The notes under the pieces: model-generated | Seen by the model: only the letters and a program-made list of their open reading frames with translations | Told to the model about the DNA's origin: nothing | Databases searched by the model: none | Translations under genes and position numbers: made by a program | In this document: positions 1 to 11,300 of the stretch, piece by piece | Layout: every line of letters begins with the position of its first letter | How positions within the stretch are numbered: position 1 is the first letter of the stretch | DNA from: Dictyostelium discoideum | Taxonomy: Eukaryota | NCBI GenBank assembly: GCA_000004695.1 | Contig: CM000154.2 | Span: forward strand, 2,144,001 to 2,208,000 | Direction of reading: 5' to 3' | DNA: 64,000 bases

Positions 1-541
1 TTTGTAATTAATTTCTTTTTATCTGAATCAGATTCATTATCTTCTTTTTCTTGTATCTCTTCATCAATAACATCATCTATAATTAAATGATCTTCTTCAT
101 TCTGTTTATTTTTATCTTTTTTATCTTTTTTGTTATTATTATTATTGCTGTTATTGATACTATCTTTTACTTTATTATCTATATATATTGTTTCTTTTCT
201 TTTAATTTTAATAGGTTCATTTCTATTTTCTTGTGGTTTTATATTCTTTACCATAATTGAATATCTCGGATAAGTTGGTGCGAATCTAATTGTAAATCCA
301 ATATCAGATAAATAGATTGGTTTAGATGTTGATGCTGATTCTGGTGCTATATAGGTTGATCTTAATCCCATCCCATTCTTAAAATGATTTCTAATTATAC
401 CTTGTAAAACTGTAATCAATTCAAGAAATTGAATATTATTAAAATATTGATGATCATGTAATATCAATAATAATGGTAAAACATATCCTTCACAAATTCT
501 AATATAAAAATGATTTCTTTCTTTAAATATTTGACTCATTT
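1..541 (-). CDS. Hypothetical protein, 5' portion; ATG at 541-539, ORF open to window start so the gene continues left of the window
   Basis: Reverse-strand translation MSQIFKERNHFYIRICEGYVLPLLLILHDHQYFNNIQFLELITVLQGIIRNHFKNGMGLRSTYIAPESASTSKPIYLSDIGFTIRF... has no stop before position 1. Non-AT codon usage up to 541, A-rich leader upstream of the ATG. Family not recognised. Confidence 0.45.
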
Positions 542-762
542 TAATATAATTTATATTAAAAATAAAAAAACTAAAAAAAAAAAAAAAAAAAAATTTTGGT
601 TAGAAAAAAAAAAAAAAAAAGGTTCTAAAAATAAAAAAAAGGAAACTTTTAAATATTTAAATTTTTGATACTTTTAATTTTATTTTTAAAATTTTTATTT
701 TTATTTTATTTTTATTTTTATACAATTTTATTTTTATATATGTATGGGAAAAAAAAAAATTT

Positions 763-794
<32 letters not shown>

Positions 795-803
795 CATACA
801 AAA

Positions 804-950
804 TTAATTTTGAGCCTTACATTCTCTTTCATCTTGTTCAGCTTTAGCGATTAAATCTTCTTGAGAGAATAATCCTGGAAGAAGTTTATGAGTTGAACTT
901 TTGAAAGTGCTTCTGTCTGGTTTGACACACACAACTTCAAAGTCTCCAAA
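804..950 (-). CDS. Cytidine deaminase exon 3 (stop TAA at 806-804)
   Basis: Acceptor AG at 952-951. In-frame FGDFEVVCVKPDRSTFKSSTHKLLPGLFSQEDLIAKAEQDERECKAQN*. Total CDS 444 nt, 147 aa, the typical size of a homotetrameric-type CDA. Confidence 0.7.
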   Translation of the reverse strand, partial: FGDFEVVCVKPDRSTFKSSTHKLLPGLFSQEDLIAKAEQDERECKAQN

Positions 951-1037
951 CTAAAAAAAAAAAAAAAATAAAAAAATTAAGGTTAGTCTTTTTTTTTTCT
1001 TTTTTTAATAAAGGGTGGTATTAAAAAAATTACTTAC

Positions 1038-1095
1038 TTCAACACCAAATTGTCTGCAAGCACCACATGGAGTAATAAATCTATCCTTTAAGTCA
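1038..1095 (-). CDS. Cytidine deaminase exon 2
   Basis: After a 269-nt intron (acceptor AG at 1097-1096), exon reads (S)DLKDRFITPCGACRQFGVE with the PCGxCRQ zinc-binding motif. Ends GTT GAA followed by GTAAGT (1037-1032). Confidence 0.75.
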
Positions 1096-1106
1096 CTGAT
1101 GATAGT

Positions 1107-1142
<36 letters not shown>

Positions 1143-1364
1143 AAAACAGAGTTAAAAAATTTTAGAAAAAATTTGTGAGAGTGGATGCAAGGGGGTATTA
1201 GTATTTTGAAAAAAAAATTAAATTATTGTTGATTTTATGATATTTGTTCATTCTTTATCTATTTTAAATGATTTAATCAGTGTCAATCATCTATTTAGGT
1301 CAATAGAACATAAATTTCCACACAAACAATAAAGAAGTAGAGTGAGGGAGAGAGAGGGACTTAC

Positions 1365-1603
1365 CTAGCTACAACAATTCCTTTAAAACTTTTATAACCC
1401 TCACTTACTGCTTTAGTGTAGGCAGTTCTTTCAGCACAGATTGTTAAACCATATGATGAGTTTTCAACATTGACACCAGTGAAAATTTTACCGCAACTTG
1501 TTAAAAGAGCTGCACCAATTCTGAAATGAGAATATGGACAATGAGCATATTGTTGACTGTTTTGGGCGGCATCAATACATTTTTCTAATTCTTCTTGGTT
1601 CAT
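1365..1603 (-). CDS. Cytidine deaminase exon 1 (ATG at 1603-1601)
   Basis: MNQEELEKCIDAAQNSQQYAHCPYSHFRIGAALLTSCGKIFTGVNVENSSYGLTICAERTAYTKAV... contains the C/H-AE zinc-ligand motif (CAERTA) of the cytidine/deoxycytidylate deaminase family. Exon ends ..GCT AG followed by GTAAGT. Confidence 0.8.
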
Positions 1604-2738
1604 TCTATAAATATATATATATATGTGTTGTGGTTTTTTTTTTTTAAAAGGTAATTTTGTTTTTAATTTTAAAATGAAAAAAAAAAAAAAAAAAATTGAA
1701 ATTTGTGTGTGGGTAAGTTGATTTTTTGATTTTTTGATTTTTTTTTTTTTTTAAATTTAATTTTTTTTTTATTATTGTTTTTTTTTTTTTTTGTTTTTTT
1801 TTAAGAATGATGATGCTTCCATGGAAATTTAATCCAAATTGAATGGAATTCTTGTCAATAAAATCTAAAGATAATTATGTTTCGAATGAATTTAAAAAAA
1901 AAAAATAATAAAAAAAAAAAAAACAAATAAAAAAAAAAAAAAAAAAAAATAATAATAATAGAGAGAAAAATGCCCGAATGAATAAATAATAGAAATCTAT
2001 TTTTAAATTTTTATTTTTAAAAATTTATTTATTTTTTAATTTTTTTTTAATTTTTTTTTTTTTAATTTTTTTTTTTTTTTCAGCATTGCCCATTATTAAT
2101 TATTAAAAAGTTTAAAATAAAATAAAATAAAATAAAATAAAAAAAACGTTTTCTTTTTTTTTTTTTTTTTTTCTTTTTTCTGCTCCAACCAATGAAAATT
2201 AAGATTTTTAAAAAAAAAAGGTTAGATACTTTTAAAAAATTTGGCCAAAAGAGATTTTTTCTTGATTTGGCAAAAAAGTTTCGTTGGTTTTTTTTTTGTA
2301 TTTATTATTTGAATTTTTTTGATTAAAAATACCAGTCAATTCAAAGTATCCGCTTTATCTAAATCTAAAGTCTTTACTTAATTCTGATTATAAAAAAAAA
2401 AAAAAAAAAAAGAAACTATAATATCTTTTTTTGTAACTAATTATTTTTTTTTATTTTTTTTTTTATTTTTTATTTTTTTAAATTTTTTTTCTTTTTTTTC
2501 CACAAAAAAAAAAAAAAAAAAAAAAAAAAACTATAAAATTCGCACTTTTGTCCAAATTTTTTTTTTTTAAAATAAATAATTATTATAACACAAATATCTT
2601 TTTTTTTTTTTTTTTTTTTTTTTCTTTAATTTCCAGAAAAAAAAATTATAAATAATAATAAATAATAATAAATAATAATATTAAATAAAAGATCACTATA
2701 TAAATATACACACATAAATAAATAAAAAAATAAAAAAA

Positions 2739-2772
2739 ATGACAGGCGGTTTAAATAAAGATTTTGATTGGG
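2739..2772 (+). CDS. eIF2B alpha subunit, putative cryptic exon 1 (MTGGLNKDFDW + 1 nt)
   Basis: A GC-containing ATGACAGGCGGT in an AT desert. GTATGA donor at 2773. Splicing to 2919 keeps the frame and gives DFDWVVAKFEEMIKRE..., which parallels the N-terminus of animal eIF2B alpha (..ELIEYFKSQMKED..). Confidence 0.45.
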
Positions 2773-2786
2773 GTATGATTTTAAAG

Positions 2787-2820
<34 letters not shown>

Positions 2821-2918
2821 TCTAACTATTTGGATATTATTTATCATTTGATCAATATCAAACACATATATATATATTCTAACTATATAAACTGTTTTGT
2901 GGTAAAAATAATAAATAG

Positions 2919-3163
2919 TTGTAGCAAAGTTTGAAGAAATGATAAAAAGAGAAACAGAAGTATCAATAGCAATACCAACGATTAGAATTTTAATTGATGT
3001 AATTAGAAAGAGTAACTCAACCACTGTTGTTGGTTTACAAAAAGAATTAGAGGATGCAGTTAAACAATTAAAAAGTTGTCCATACAATCAATCAATTTCA
3101 TTATCATCAGTTTGTGATTCCTTCATTCGTTTCGTAACAAAAAGAACTGAATTAGATTTCCCT
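2919..3163 (+). CDS. eIF2B alpha subunit exon 2
   Basis: Acceptor AG at 2917-2918. Encodes VVAKFEEMIKRETEVSIAIPTIRILIDVIRKSNSTTVVGLQKELEDAVKQLK...RFVTKRTELDFP. Donor GTAAGT at 3164. If exon 1 is wrong the start is the ATG at 2939. Confidence 0.7.
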
Positions 3164-3276
3164 GTAAGTTTAATACTATAATACTTTTTTAAAAAAAAAA
3201 AAAATAACAACTCTCATCAATATATATTAATATGCTATTATTATTTTCACAAATATATTCAACATACTCAATCAAT

Positions 3277-3345
3277 ATGAATGAATGAATGAATGAATGA
3301 ATGAATGAATGAATGAATGAATGAATGAATCAATCAATCAAATAA
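3277..3345. repeat. (ATGA)n about 13 units, followed by (TCAA)3, inside eIF2B alpha intron 2
   Basis: Direct reading: gaatgaatgaatga... then caatcaatcaa. Confidence 0.9.
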
Positions 3346-3403
3346 TTAATCAATCATATGATATTTTTATCTATTACATGCACACACCTATTTATATTTT
3401 TAG

Positions 3404-3633
3404 AATTTCGATACATGTAAAAGTAATTTAGTTGAAAGAGGTGAACAATTATCAAATAAATCATCAATGAGTAGAACAAAGATTTCACAATTAGCAGATA
3501 AATTTATTAGAGATGGTGTTACCATTTTAGTACATGGTTTTTCAAGAGTAGTTTTAGGTTTATTATTACATGCAGCTTTTCAAGGAAAAAGATTTTCTGT
3601 TATCGTAACTGAATCTAGACCTGATTCTTCTGG
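3404..3633 (+). CDS. eIF2B alpha subunit exon 3
   Basis: Acceptor TAG at 3401-3403. NFDTCKSNLVERGEQLSNKSSMSRTKISQLADKFIRDGVTILVHGFSRVVLGLLLHAAFQGKRFSVIVTESRPDSS closely parallels the human eIF2B alpha stretch ..CKKIMIERGELFL..ILTHAYSRVV..RFSVYVTESQPD. Donor GTATTT at 3634. Confidence 0.8.
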
Positions 3634-3731
3634 GTATTTATTTCTTTTATTTCTTTTATATAACCACACACATACACACACATATATATATATGAATGTT
3701 AGTTCTAACATTGATTATTGTATTATTAAAG

Positions 3732-4071
3732 TTATAAAACAGCAGCAAGATTACAAGCAGCAAATATTCCAGTTAAATTAATTATGGATGGTGGAGTTTC
3801 AAGAATTATTGATAAAGTTGATTATGTATTGGTTGGAGCTGAAGCAATTGTAGAGAATGGTGGTATCGTTAATAAAATCGGTACTTATCAAATTAGTATT
3901 GTTGCTAAAGCATTCAAAAAACCATTTTATGTTGCTGCTGAAAGTTTTAAATTCACACGTTCATATCCACTCAATCAATCTGATATTGAAAATTTAAAGA
4001 ATGATCATATCTCTGAACCATTTAAAGCTTGTCGTTCTTGTTCAAGTTGTGAAAATCCTGAACAATTAACT
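3732..4071 (+). CDS. eIF2B alpha subunit exon 4
   Basis: Acceptor AG at 3730-3731. YKTAARLQAANIPVKLIMDGGVSRIIDKVDYVLVGAEAIVENGGIVNKIGTYQISIVAKAFKKPFYVAAESFKFTRSYPLNQ.. carries the GAEA..ENGG..NKIGT and PFYV.AESFKF signatures of the eIF2B alpha/beta/delta (IF-2B) family. Donor GTAAGT at 4072. Confidence 0.85.
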
Positions 4072-4084
4072 GTAAGTTCAAAAG

Positions 4085-4125
<41 letters not shown>

Positions 4126-4227
4126 ATTTCATTCATTCTCAATATATTAATAAACTTTTTTTTATTTTTTTTATTATTAAAAAAAAAAAAAAAAAATAAT
4201 AATAATAATTCTTAAATATTTTTTTAG

Positions 4228-4344
4228 ATTGATTCACCAACATTAGATTATACACCTCCATCATATATTACATTACTTTTTACTGAATTAGGAGTTTTAA
4301 CACCATCAGCAGTCTCTGATGAGTTAATTAAACTTTATTGTTAA
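4228..4344 (+). CDS. eIF2B alpha subunit exon 5 (stop TAA 4342-4344)
   Basis: Acceptor AG at 4226-4227. [38 protein letters not shown] matches the conserved C-terminus (..[30 protein letters not shown]) of eIF2B alpha. Confidence 0.8.
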   Translation: MDSPTLDYTPPSYITLLFTELGVLTPSAVSDELIKLYC

Positions 4345-4703
4345 AAAAAAAAATAAAAATAAAAAAAAAAATAAAAAAATTAATATATACATATAATAAT
4401 AAAAAAAAAAAAAAAAAAAAAAAAATTTAATCATATTGTCACATCCAATTACAAATATAGAATTTGTGATGATCATAAAATGAATTTTTTAAATTTCCCA
4501 TTCCCATTTTTTTTTATTTTTATTTTTATTTTTATTTTTATTTTTCATAAAATTAATAATCAAAAAAAAAAAAAAATTTAAAAAGGTTATTTTTTTATTT
4601 TTTTTAATTTTTTTTTTTTTAAATTACACAAATAACAAATAACAAATAAAAATTAAAAATTAATAATAATAGATAATCTAAAATTTTTTAAAAAAAAAAA
4701 AAA

Positions 4704-5606
4704 ATGAAAGAATTAATAATTTGTAATAATATTAAATTAATTAAAGAAGAGATTCATAAAAAAAAGATAGAGATTTCAAAAAGAAATAATAAAGAATATT
4801 ATGAAATTAAAGTTGGATTTGTACCAACAATGGGATATTTACATAGTGGTCATATATCATTAGTAGAGAGAGCAAAACTTGAAAATGATATTGTTGTAGT
4901 ATCAATATTTGTAAACCCAACTCAATTTAATGCCAATGAAGATTTATCAAGTTATCCAAGTGATATTGAAAATGATTCAAAATTATTAAAAAATGTTGGA
5001 ACTGATTTATTATTTTTACCAACTCCAGATATAATGTATCCAAAGGAAAGTGGTTATTCAACTTTTGTCACTGTAGAATCAATGGAACAAGTGATGGAGG
5101 GGAAAAGCAGACCTGGTCACTTCCGCGGCGTTGCAACTATCGTGACTAAACTATTACTAATTACAACTCCCACTAATTTATATATCGGTCAAAAAGATGC
5201 TATGCAATGTATTTGCATTAAAAGATTAGTTGCAGATTTAAATATTGACACCAATGTGATAATATGTAACACAATTCGTGAAGACACCGGTCTAGCAAAG
5301 TCATCCAGAAATTCTTATTTATCAAATGAGGAACAAATTCAAGCATCGTCAATTTATAAAATTTTAGAATCCTTTAAAAATAATATAAATTCATTCACTG
5401 ATCGTCAAAGTTTTATTAATGAAATAACTAAACAACTTGAACAAAATCCATTGTTCAAAGTTGAATATGTTAGTATTGCTTCAAACATAACTGGTTTAGA
5501 AATAATTGACCAATTTCCACCACCAAAAGATTCAAATTTATCATTAGCATTATTATTTTTTGCTGAAAAACGTAAAACTCGTTTAATTGATATTATAATT
5601 TTATAA
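4704..5606 (+). CDS. panC: Pantoate--beta-alanine ligase (pantothenate synthetase)
   Basis: Single 300-aa ORF with VPTMGYLHSGHISLV (the P-T-M-G-x-L-H-x-G-H nucleotidyltransferase motif of PanC), plus QKDAMQ and a PanC-like C-terminal domain. Poly-A leader before the ATG. Confidence 0.85.
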   Translation: MKELIICNNIKLIKEEIHKKKIEISKRNNKEYYEIKVGFVPTMGYLHSGHISLVERAKLENDIVVVSIFVNPTQFNANEDLSSYPSDIENDSKLLKNVGTDLLFLPTPDIMYPKESGYSTFVTVESMEQVMEGKSRPGHFRGVATIVTKLLLITTPTNLYIGQKDAMQCICIKRLVADLNIDTNVIICNTIREDTGLAKSSRNSYLSNEEQIQASSIYKILESFKNNINSFTDRQSFINEITKQLEQNPLFKVEYVSIASNITGLEIIDQFPPPKDSNLSLALLFFAEKRKTRLIDIIIL

Positions 5607-5734
5607 TTAATAAAAAATAATTTAAAATATCAAATTATAATAAAATAAATTGCATATATGTGTTTATTTTTTTTTTTTTATTTTTTTTTTTTTATTTAAT
5701 TTTTTCTTTTTTTTTTTTTTTAATTTACTAATTT

Positions 5735-6574
5735 TTAAAAAATTTTTCTATGAATTACTGAACAACCATCTTCTTCATATTCTTGACGAGTTACCCATAA
5801 ATCTTTAAAGGTAGATAGAGAAGCTAAAATAGAACCACCCATCCAAGCAGAGTATTTACGTTCAGGTGGTGCAGTAATTTTAATTTTAATATCTTTTGGA
5901 GCCAATTTTTTGACTTCATTTAAAAGACGATCACCAAAACCTTGAAAGAGAGTTGAACCACCACCAAGTATGATATTTGAATAAAATGTTTTTCTAAGAT
6001 CGAGATCACTCTTTCTAATGGACATATCTAAACATTGATGAATACCCAAAGATTCATCACCAATGATATCTGGATGAAATAAGATCTCTGGTGCACGGAA
6101 ACGTTCAGCACCCAATTCAATTACATTTCCATCTGGTAGTGTGTATTGTGGTTGGACAGGTTTGGATGATGATGAATCTGGTTCCAATAGTTCCTCTTCT
6201 TTTTGTGGGTCGTGGGCTACATAACATGTCTTTTCTTTAATGATTCTAACAACTTCTTTCTCTGCACTTGTTTTAAAATTGTAACCTGATCTTCTTAATA
6301 AATGTTGTAAATATTCAGTGATGTCACGACCTGCGATATCAATACGTGAGATTGCATGTGGCAATGCAAATCCTTCAAATACCGGTACAACATGTGTTAC
6401 ACCATCACCTGAATCCAATACAATACCAGTTGTACGACCTGATGCATATAATGATAATACTGCTGGTATTGAAAAATAAAGTGCTGGTGCATTATAAGTT
6501 TCAAAAAATAATTGTGCTGCTCTTTCTCTATGTAATCTTGGATTATTTGGTACATCTGTTAATAATACTGGATG
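5735..6574 (-). CDS. Actin-related protein 1 (centractin) exon 3, stop at 5737-5735
   Basis: [84 protein letters not shown]...[26 protein letters not shown]...SIHRKIF. Near-collinear with animal Arp1 and clearly distinct from the conventional actin at 23534. Acceptor AG at 6576-6575. Confidence 0.85.
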   Translation of the reverse strand, partial: HPVLLTDVPNNPRLHRERAAQLFFETYNAPALYFSIPAVLSLYASGRTTGIVLDSGDGVTHVVPVFEGFALPHAISRIDIAGRDITEYLQHLLRRSGYNFKTSAEKEVVRIIKEKTCYVAHDPQKEEELLEPDSSSSKPVQPQYTLPDGNVIELGAERFRAPEILFHPDIIGDESLGIHQCLDMSIRKSDLDLRKTFYSNIILGGGSTLFQGFGDRLLNEVKKLAPKDIKIKITAPPERKYSAWMGGSILASLSTFKDLWVTRQEYEEDGCSVIHRKIF

Positions 6575-6612
6575 CTATAGAAAAAAAATTATTATTTTTA
6601 AAATTAGATTTT

Positions 6613-6656
<44 letters not shown>

Positions 6657-6737
6657 CTATTATTATTGCATTAATTGATTGTTATTATTAATATTATTAT
6701 TATTATTATTGTAATTAATGTAATTGATCATAATTAC

Positions 6738-7004
6738 CTCTGAAGGTTGAATTTTTAATTGATCATAAGTATATGTCCAAACTCTTTCCATATCACTCCA
6801 ATTTGAAACTATACCATGATCCATTGGATGTTTTAATTTTAAAATTCCTCTCCAATCATTGATTCTATCACCAACAAAATATGTAGATTCATTTTCAATA
6901 TTTAAACCCATAACTTTTTTATATTTTGGATTACCAACTAATGATTGAAAAATATGTGATGGTGGATCTTGACCTGCAAAACCTGCTTTAATAACACCTG
7001 ATCC
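6738..7004 (-). CDS. Actin-related protein 1 (centractin) exon 2
   Basis: GSGVIKAGFAGQDPPSHIFQSLVGNPKYKKVMGLNIENESTYFVGDRINDWRGILKLKHPMDHGIVSNWSDMERVWTYTYDQLKIQPSE. Donor GTAATT (6737-6732), acceptor AG at 7006-7005. Confidence 0.8.
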
Positions 7005-7170
7005 CTTTTTTTTTTAAAATTAATTTATATAAATTTGTATATTTATACATTGTTGTTTTTGTTGGTTGTTGGTTGTTGGTTGTTATTGGTTAGTTGTTAG
7101 TTGTTAGTTGAATAATAAACAAATTTAATAATAATAATGTAAATATATAAATAAATAATTGGTATCTTAC

Positions 7171-7215
7171 ATTATCAATAACAACTGGCTGATTTGAAAA
7201 TTCAACAGAACTCAT
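7171..7215 (-). CDS. Actin-related protein 1 (centractin) exon 1 (ATG 7215-7213)
   Basis: MSSVEFSNQPVVIDN followed by GTAAGA (7170-7165). Joins in phase 0 to GSGVIKAGF, restoring the actin-fold VIDNGSG phosphate-1 loop. Total 1152 nt, 383 aa. Confidence 0.7.
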
Positions 7216-7417
7216 TTTAAAATGACCTTTATTATTTATATATTTTTGTTATTATTGTTGTTGTTGTTTGATTTATACAATTTTATTATACAATGTTAAC
7301 CTCGTTTGTTGTTTGGTTTTTATTTCCAGGTTGTTTGTGTTTTGGTGTAGTTGAGATCTTATAAATAAGAATTGTGATTAGTCGTCACCTTTGTTTATGT
7401 ACCACAATTATATTTTT

Positions 7418-7454
<37 letters not shown>

Positions 7455-7470
7455 AAAAAAGTGATTGTTC

Positions 7471-7504
<34 letters not shown>

Positions 7505-8188
7505 TATTTTTTTTTTTTTTTTATAATTTTTTTTTTTTTTTTTTTTTTTTTTTTCATTGTAAAATACACACAAATTTAAAATAATGTTATTTCATTAAAA
7601 GGTAATTTTTTTTGCCTTTTATTTATTATTTTTTAAAAAAAAAAGTTAATAAATTTTCTCTTTATTTTTTTATTTTTTTTTTTTTTTTTTAGACCTTTTT
7701 TTTTACAACTGGAAAAAAGTTCTTGCAGGAACCTAACCCATTTTCCAAATTGTTTAAATTCAATCATTTCTTTTTATTAACATTTTTTCTTTAAATTAAA
7801 TAAAGTTAAAACCAAAAAAAAAAAAAAAAAAAATAAAAATCCCACAAAAAAAAAAAAAAAAAACTTTTGGACAATTATTTTAAAAATAAAACCAAATAAA
7901 TTTATATATATCTTAATTTGGAAATTTTTTTATTTTTGTTCTATTTTTATCTTTTTATTATATTTTTATTTTAATTTTTTTTCTTTTTTTTATTTTTATC
8001 TTTTTATTATATTTTTAATATTATTTATTTTTTTTTTTTTTAATTTTATTTTTTTAAATTTTTTTTTTTTTTTTTTTTTTGATTTGAGCAATGAAACTGT
8101 TTTTTTTTTTTTTTTTTTTTTTTTTTATTTTTTGTTTTAAAATAAATAAAAAACGAGTTATAGTTCATATGAACTATTTTTTGTTCAA
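7216..8188. promoter_or_regulatory. Divergent intergenic promoter region shared by Arp1 (-) and mitochondrial ValRS (+)
   Basis: About 970 bp between two divergent start codons. Contains a G/T-rich block (7300-7400) and long homopolymer T/A tracts typical of Dictyostelium promoters. Inferred from position only. Confidence 0.35.
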
Positions 8189-8296
8189 ATGAATAAACTA
8201 TTATTTTTATCAAAAAAATCATCAACATCAAATTTATATAGATTTTATAGTAGAGCACCAATAAATGAATCTTCAATAAAATCATCATTTGATCCT
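8189..8296 (+). CDS. Valyl-tRNA synthetase, mitochondrial-type, exon 1 (presequence)
   Basis: MNKLLFLSKKSSTSNLYRFYSRAPINESSIKSSFDP is basic and hydroxylated with no acidic residues, like a mitochondrial targeting peptide. Donor GTAAGT at 8297. Confidence 0.6.
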
Positions 8297-8339
8297 GTAA
8301 GTATATTTTTTTTTTTTTTTTAAAATTCACAAATTTTAA

Positions 8340-8381
<42 letters not shown>

Positions 8382-8382
8382 G

Positions 8383-11300
8383 AAAGTTGTTGAAGAATTT
8401 AAATATAAATATTGGCAAGATAGTGGATTATTTAAACCAAAATCAAATAATGGTGGTGAAAAATTTTCAATGGTATTACCACCACCAAATGTAACAGGAT
8501 CATTACATATTGGACATAGTTTAACAACTACAATTCAAGATTCATTGATTAGATATAATCGTATGATGGGCAAAGAAGTATTATGGGTACCAGGATTGGA
8601 TCATTCTGGAATTGCAACTCAAGTTGCAGTTGAGAAAGAATTACAAGTGAAACAAGGTAAAACTAGATTCGATTTAGGTAGAGAGAAATTTTTAGAACAA
8701 GTTTTCCAATGGACTGATCAATACTCGAGTAATATTAATAATCAGTTAAAGATAACAGGTTCGTCATTGGATTGGAGTAGATCAGTGTTTACATTGGATG
8801 AACAAAGAAACGATGCAGTTCAAACGGCGTTTATTAGAATGTTTGAAATGGGCTTGATTTATAGGTCCACTAGATTGGTTAATTGGTGTCCATATTTGCA
8901 ATCGGTGATTTCAGATATTGAGGTTGATCATAAGGTAATTGAGAAACCAACAATGTTAAAATTAAAGAGTAGAAAGAAGTCAGTTGAAGTTGGTGCAATT
9001 CATAATATTGCCTATATGATGGAGGATCCAATGTTGGCACCATTGATTGTTAGTACTACGAGACCAGAGACGATATTTGGTGATACGGGTCTAGCCATTC
9101 ATCCATTGGATGAGAGGTATAAGGATTATCATGGTAAATTTGCAATTCATCCATTTAATCATGAAAGAATACCAATAGTGTTGGATGATATTTTAGTGAA
9201 TAGAGAGATGGGTACTGGTGTGGTAAAGATTACACCAGCTCATGATTTCAATGATTATCAATGTGGTCAAAGACATTCATTGCCAATTGTAAATATTTTA
9301 AATTCAAATGGTACTCTAAATGAAAATTCAACAGCAGAGTTTGAAGGTGTTGATAGATTGGATGCAAGATCAATGGTAATTGAAAAACTTGAACAAATGG
9401 GATTATATAGAGAGAAATTAGCACATCCACAAACATTATCAATTTGTAGTAGATCTGGTGATCTATTAGAACCAGTGTTAAAACCACAATGGTATGTTAA
9501 ATGTAAAGATATGGCTGATAAATCAATAGAGTTTGTTGAATCTGGTGAAATTAAAATCATACCAGAATCATTCCGTGCAGATTGGTCAAGATGGTTAACT
9601 AATATTCAAGATTGGTGTATATCAAGACAGTTATGGTGGGGTAATCCTATACCTGCCTATAGAGTTATAATGATTGATAAGGTGACTAATGAGGATTTAG
9701 ATATTCATTTAACAGAAACTGAAAGATTAAAACAAGAGAAATGGGTAGTTGGTAAAAATGAAAAAGAAGCAAGAGAAAATGTATTCAAAACTTATGGTAT
9801 CGCCAATGCTGGTGAATATCGTTTAGAGAAGGATCAAGATGTATTGGATACTTGGTTTTCATCTGGACTTTTCCCAATTTCATCAATGGGTTGGCCAACA
9901 GCAACAAAGAATAGTGATAATGATAATGATTTTTCAAGATTTTTACCATTAGATGTTATGGAGACTGGTTCTGATATTCTATTCTTTTGGGTTGCAAGAA
10001 TGGTAATGATGTGTTCCACTCTTAATAATGGTGAAGTACCATTTAAAACCATTCTATTACATCCAATGATTAGAGATTCACAAGGCAGAAAAATGTCAAA
10101 AAGTTTAGGAAATGTAATAGATCCATTACATGTTATCAATGGTATATCATTACAAGATCTTAAAGAGAATCTTTCAAAATCTAATCTTTCACAACAAGAG
10201 AAAGTCACAGCAACCAAAGGTTTAGAAAAAGAATTTCCTCAAGGTATTCCACAATGTGGTACTGATTCATTACGTTTTTCATTAGCTCAATATCCAATCA
10301 ATGGTAAAGATATTAATTTAGATATTTCAAAAATTATTGGTAATCGTTTATTTTGTAATAAACTTTGGAATGCTTCAAAATTTGTTTTTAATTATTTAGT
10401 AAATTTAAATAATCTATCAATTAATTTATATTATAATAATAATAATAATGAAAAAGATCAGCAACAACCATTTAATTATTTAGAATCAACAACATTAATT
10501 GATAAATGGATATTATTAAAATTATCAAAATTAGTTGAAATTGTAAATGAATCATATAAGAGTAATAATTTATCAATTGCAGCACAATCATTATATTCAT
10601 TCTTTCAATATGATTTTTGTGATATTTATATTGAATGTATTAAAGCGGATTTATCGAAACCAATTCTATCAAAACAAAATGAACATTCATCATTGGTATT
10701 GGCAAGTGTATTAGATAGTTATCTTAGAATGCTTCACCCATTTATGCCATTTATAACTGAAGATCTTTGGCAAAGATTACCAAAATCTAAACAACAATTA
10801 GAGATTGCAAACTCTATTGAAATTGATGATTCATTATCAATTATGATTTCAGATTATCCAAATCCATCCTATAAATATCATCAATTATTTAAAAATCAAG
10901 AAATTGAAATTGAAAAACAAGTTAATCTATTCCTTGATACTTTAAAACTAATTAGATCTCAAAAAGTTTCATTAGGAATAAATGAAAAAACAAAATTAAT
11001 TATAAAATTACAAATTATAGGTGATGATCAAATTTTAATTAAATCAAGTTTTAATCAACTAAAAGATTCATTTGAAAAATTATTAAATTCAAATTTAATA
11101 ATTGATGAAAATAATAATAATGATAATAATAATAATAATGATAATAATGATTTAACAAATATATCAATAAATAAATTTACAATTTCAAAAGAATTACAAA
11201 TTTCAATTGAATTTGATAAAGAAATTAATAATCAATTAAATCAAAAATTAATTAATCCAAATCAATCAAATGATAAAAAGATTTTAAAATTAGAAAATTT

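Noticed and set aside
665-847. 60-aa plus-strand ORF (MILLILFLKF...)
   Set aside because: Pure translation of A/T homopolymer and TTT/TTA tracts in the intergenic region between the first gene and CDA. It also overlaps the CDA last exon in antisense.
8046-8330. 94-aa minus-strand ORF rich in K and poly-K
   Set aside because: Translation of poly-A/T promoter DNA. It is antisense to the ValRS presequence exon and has no codon-like composition.
9248-10217. Three minus-strand ORFs (79-127 aa) inside the ValRS gene
   Set aside because: Antisense frames of a strongly supported class I synthetase CDS, with no independent signal.
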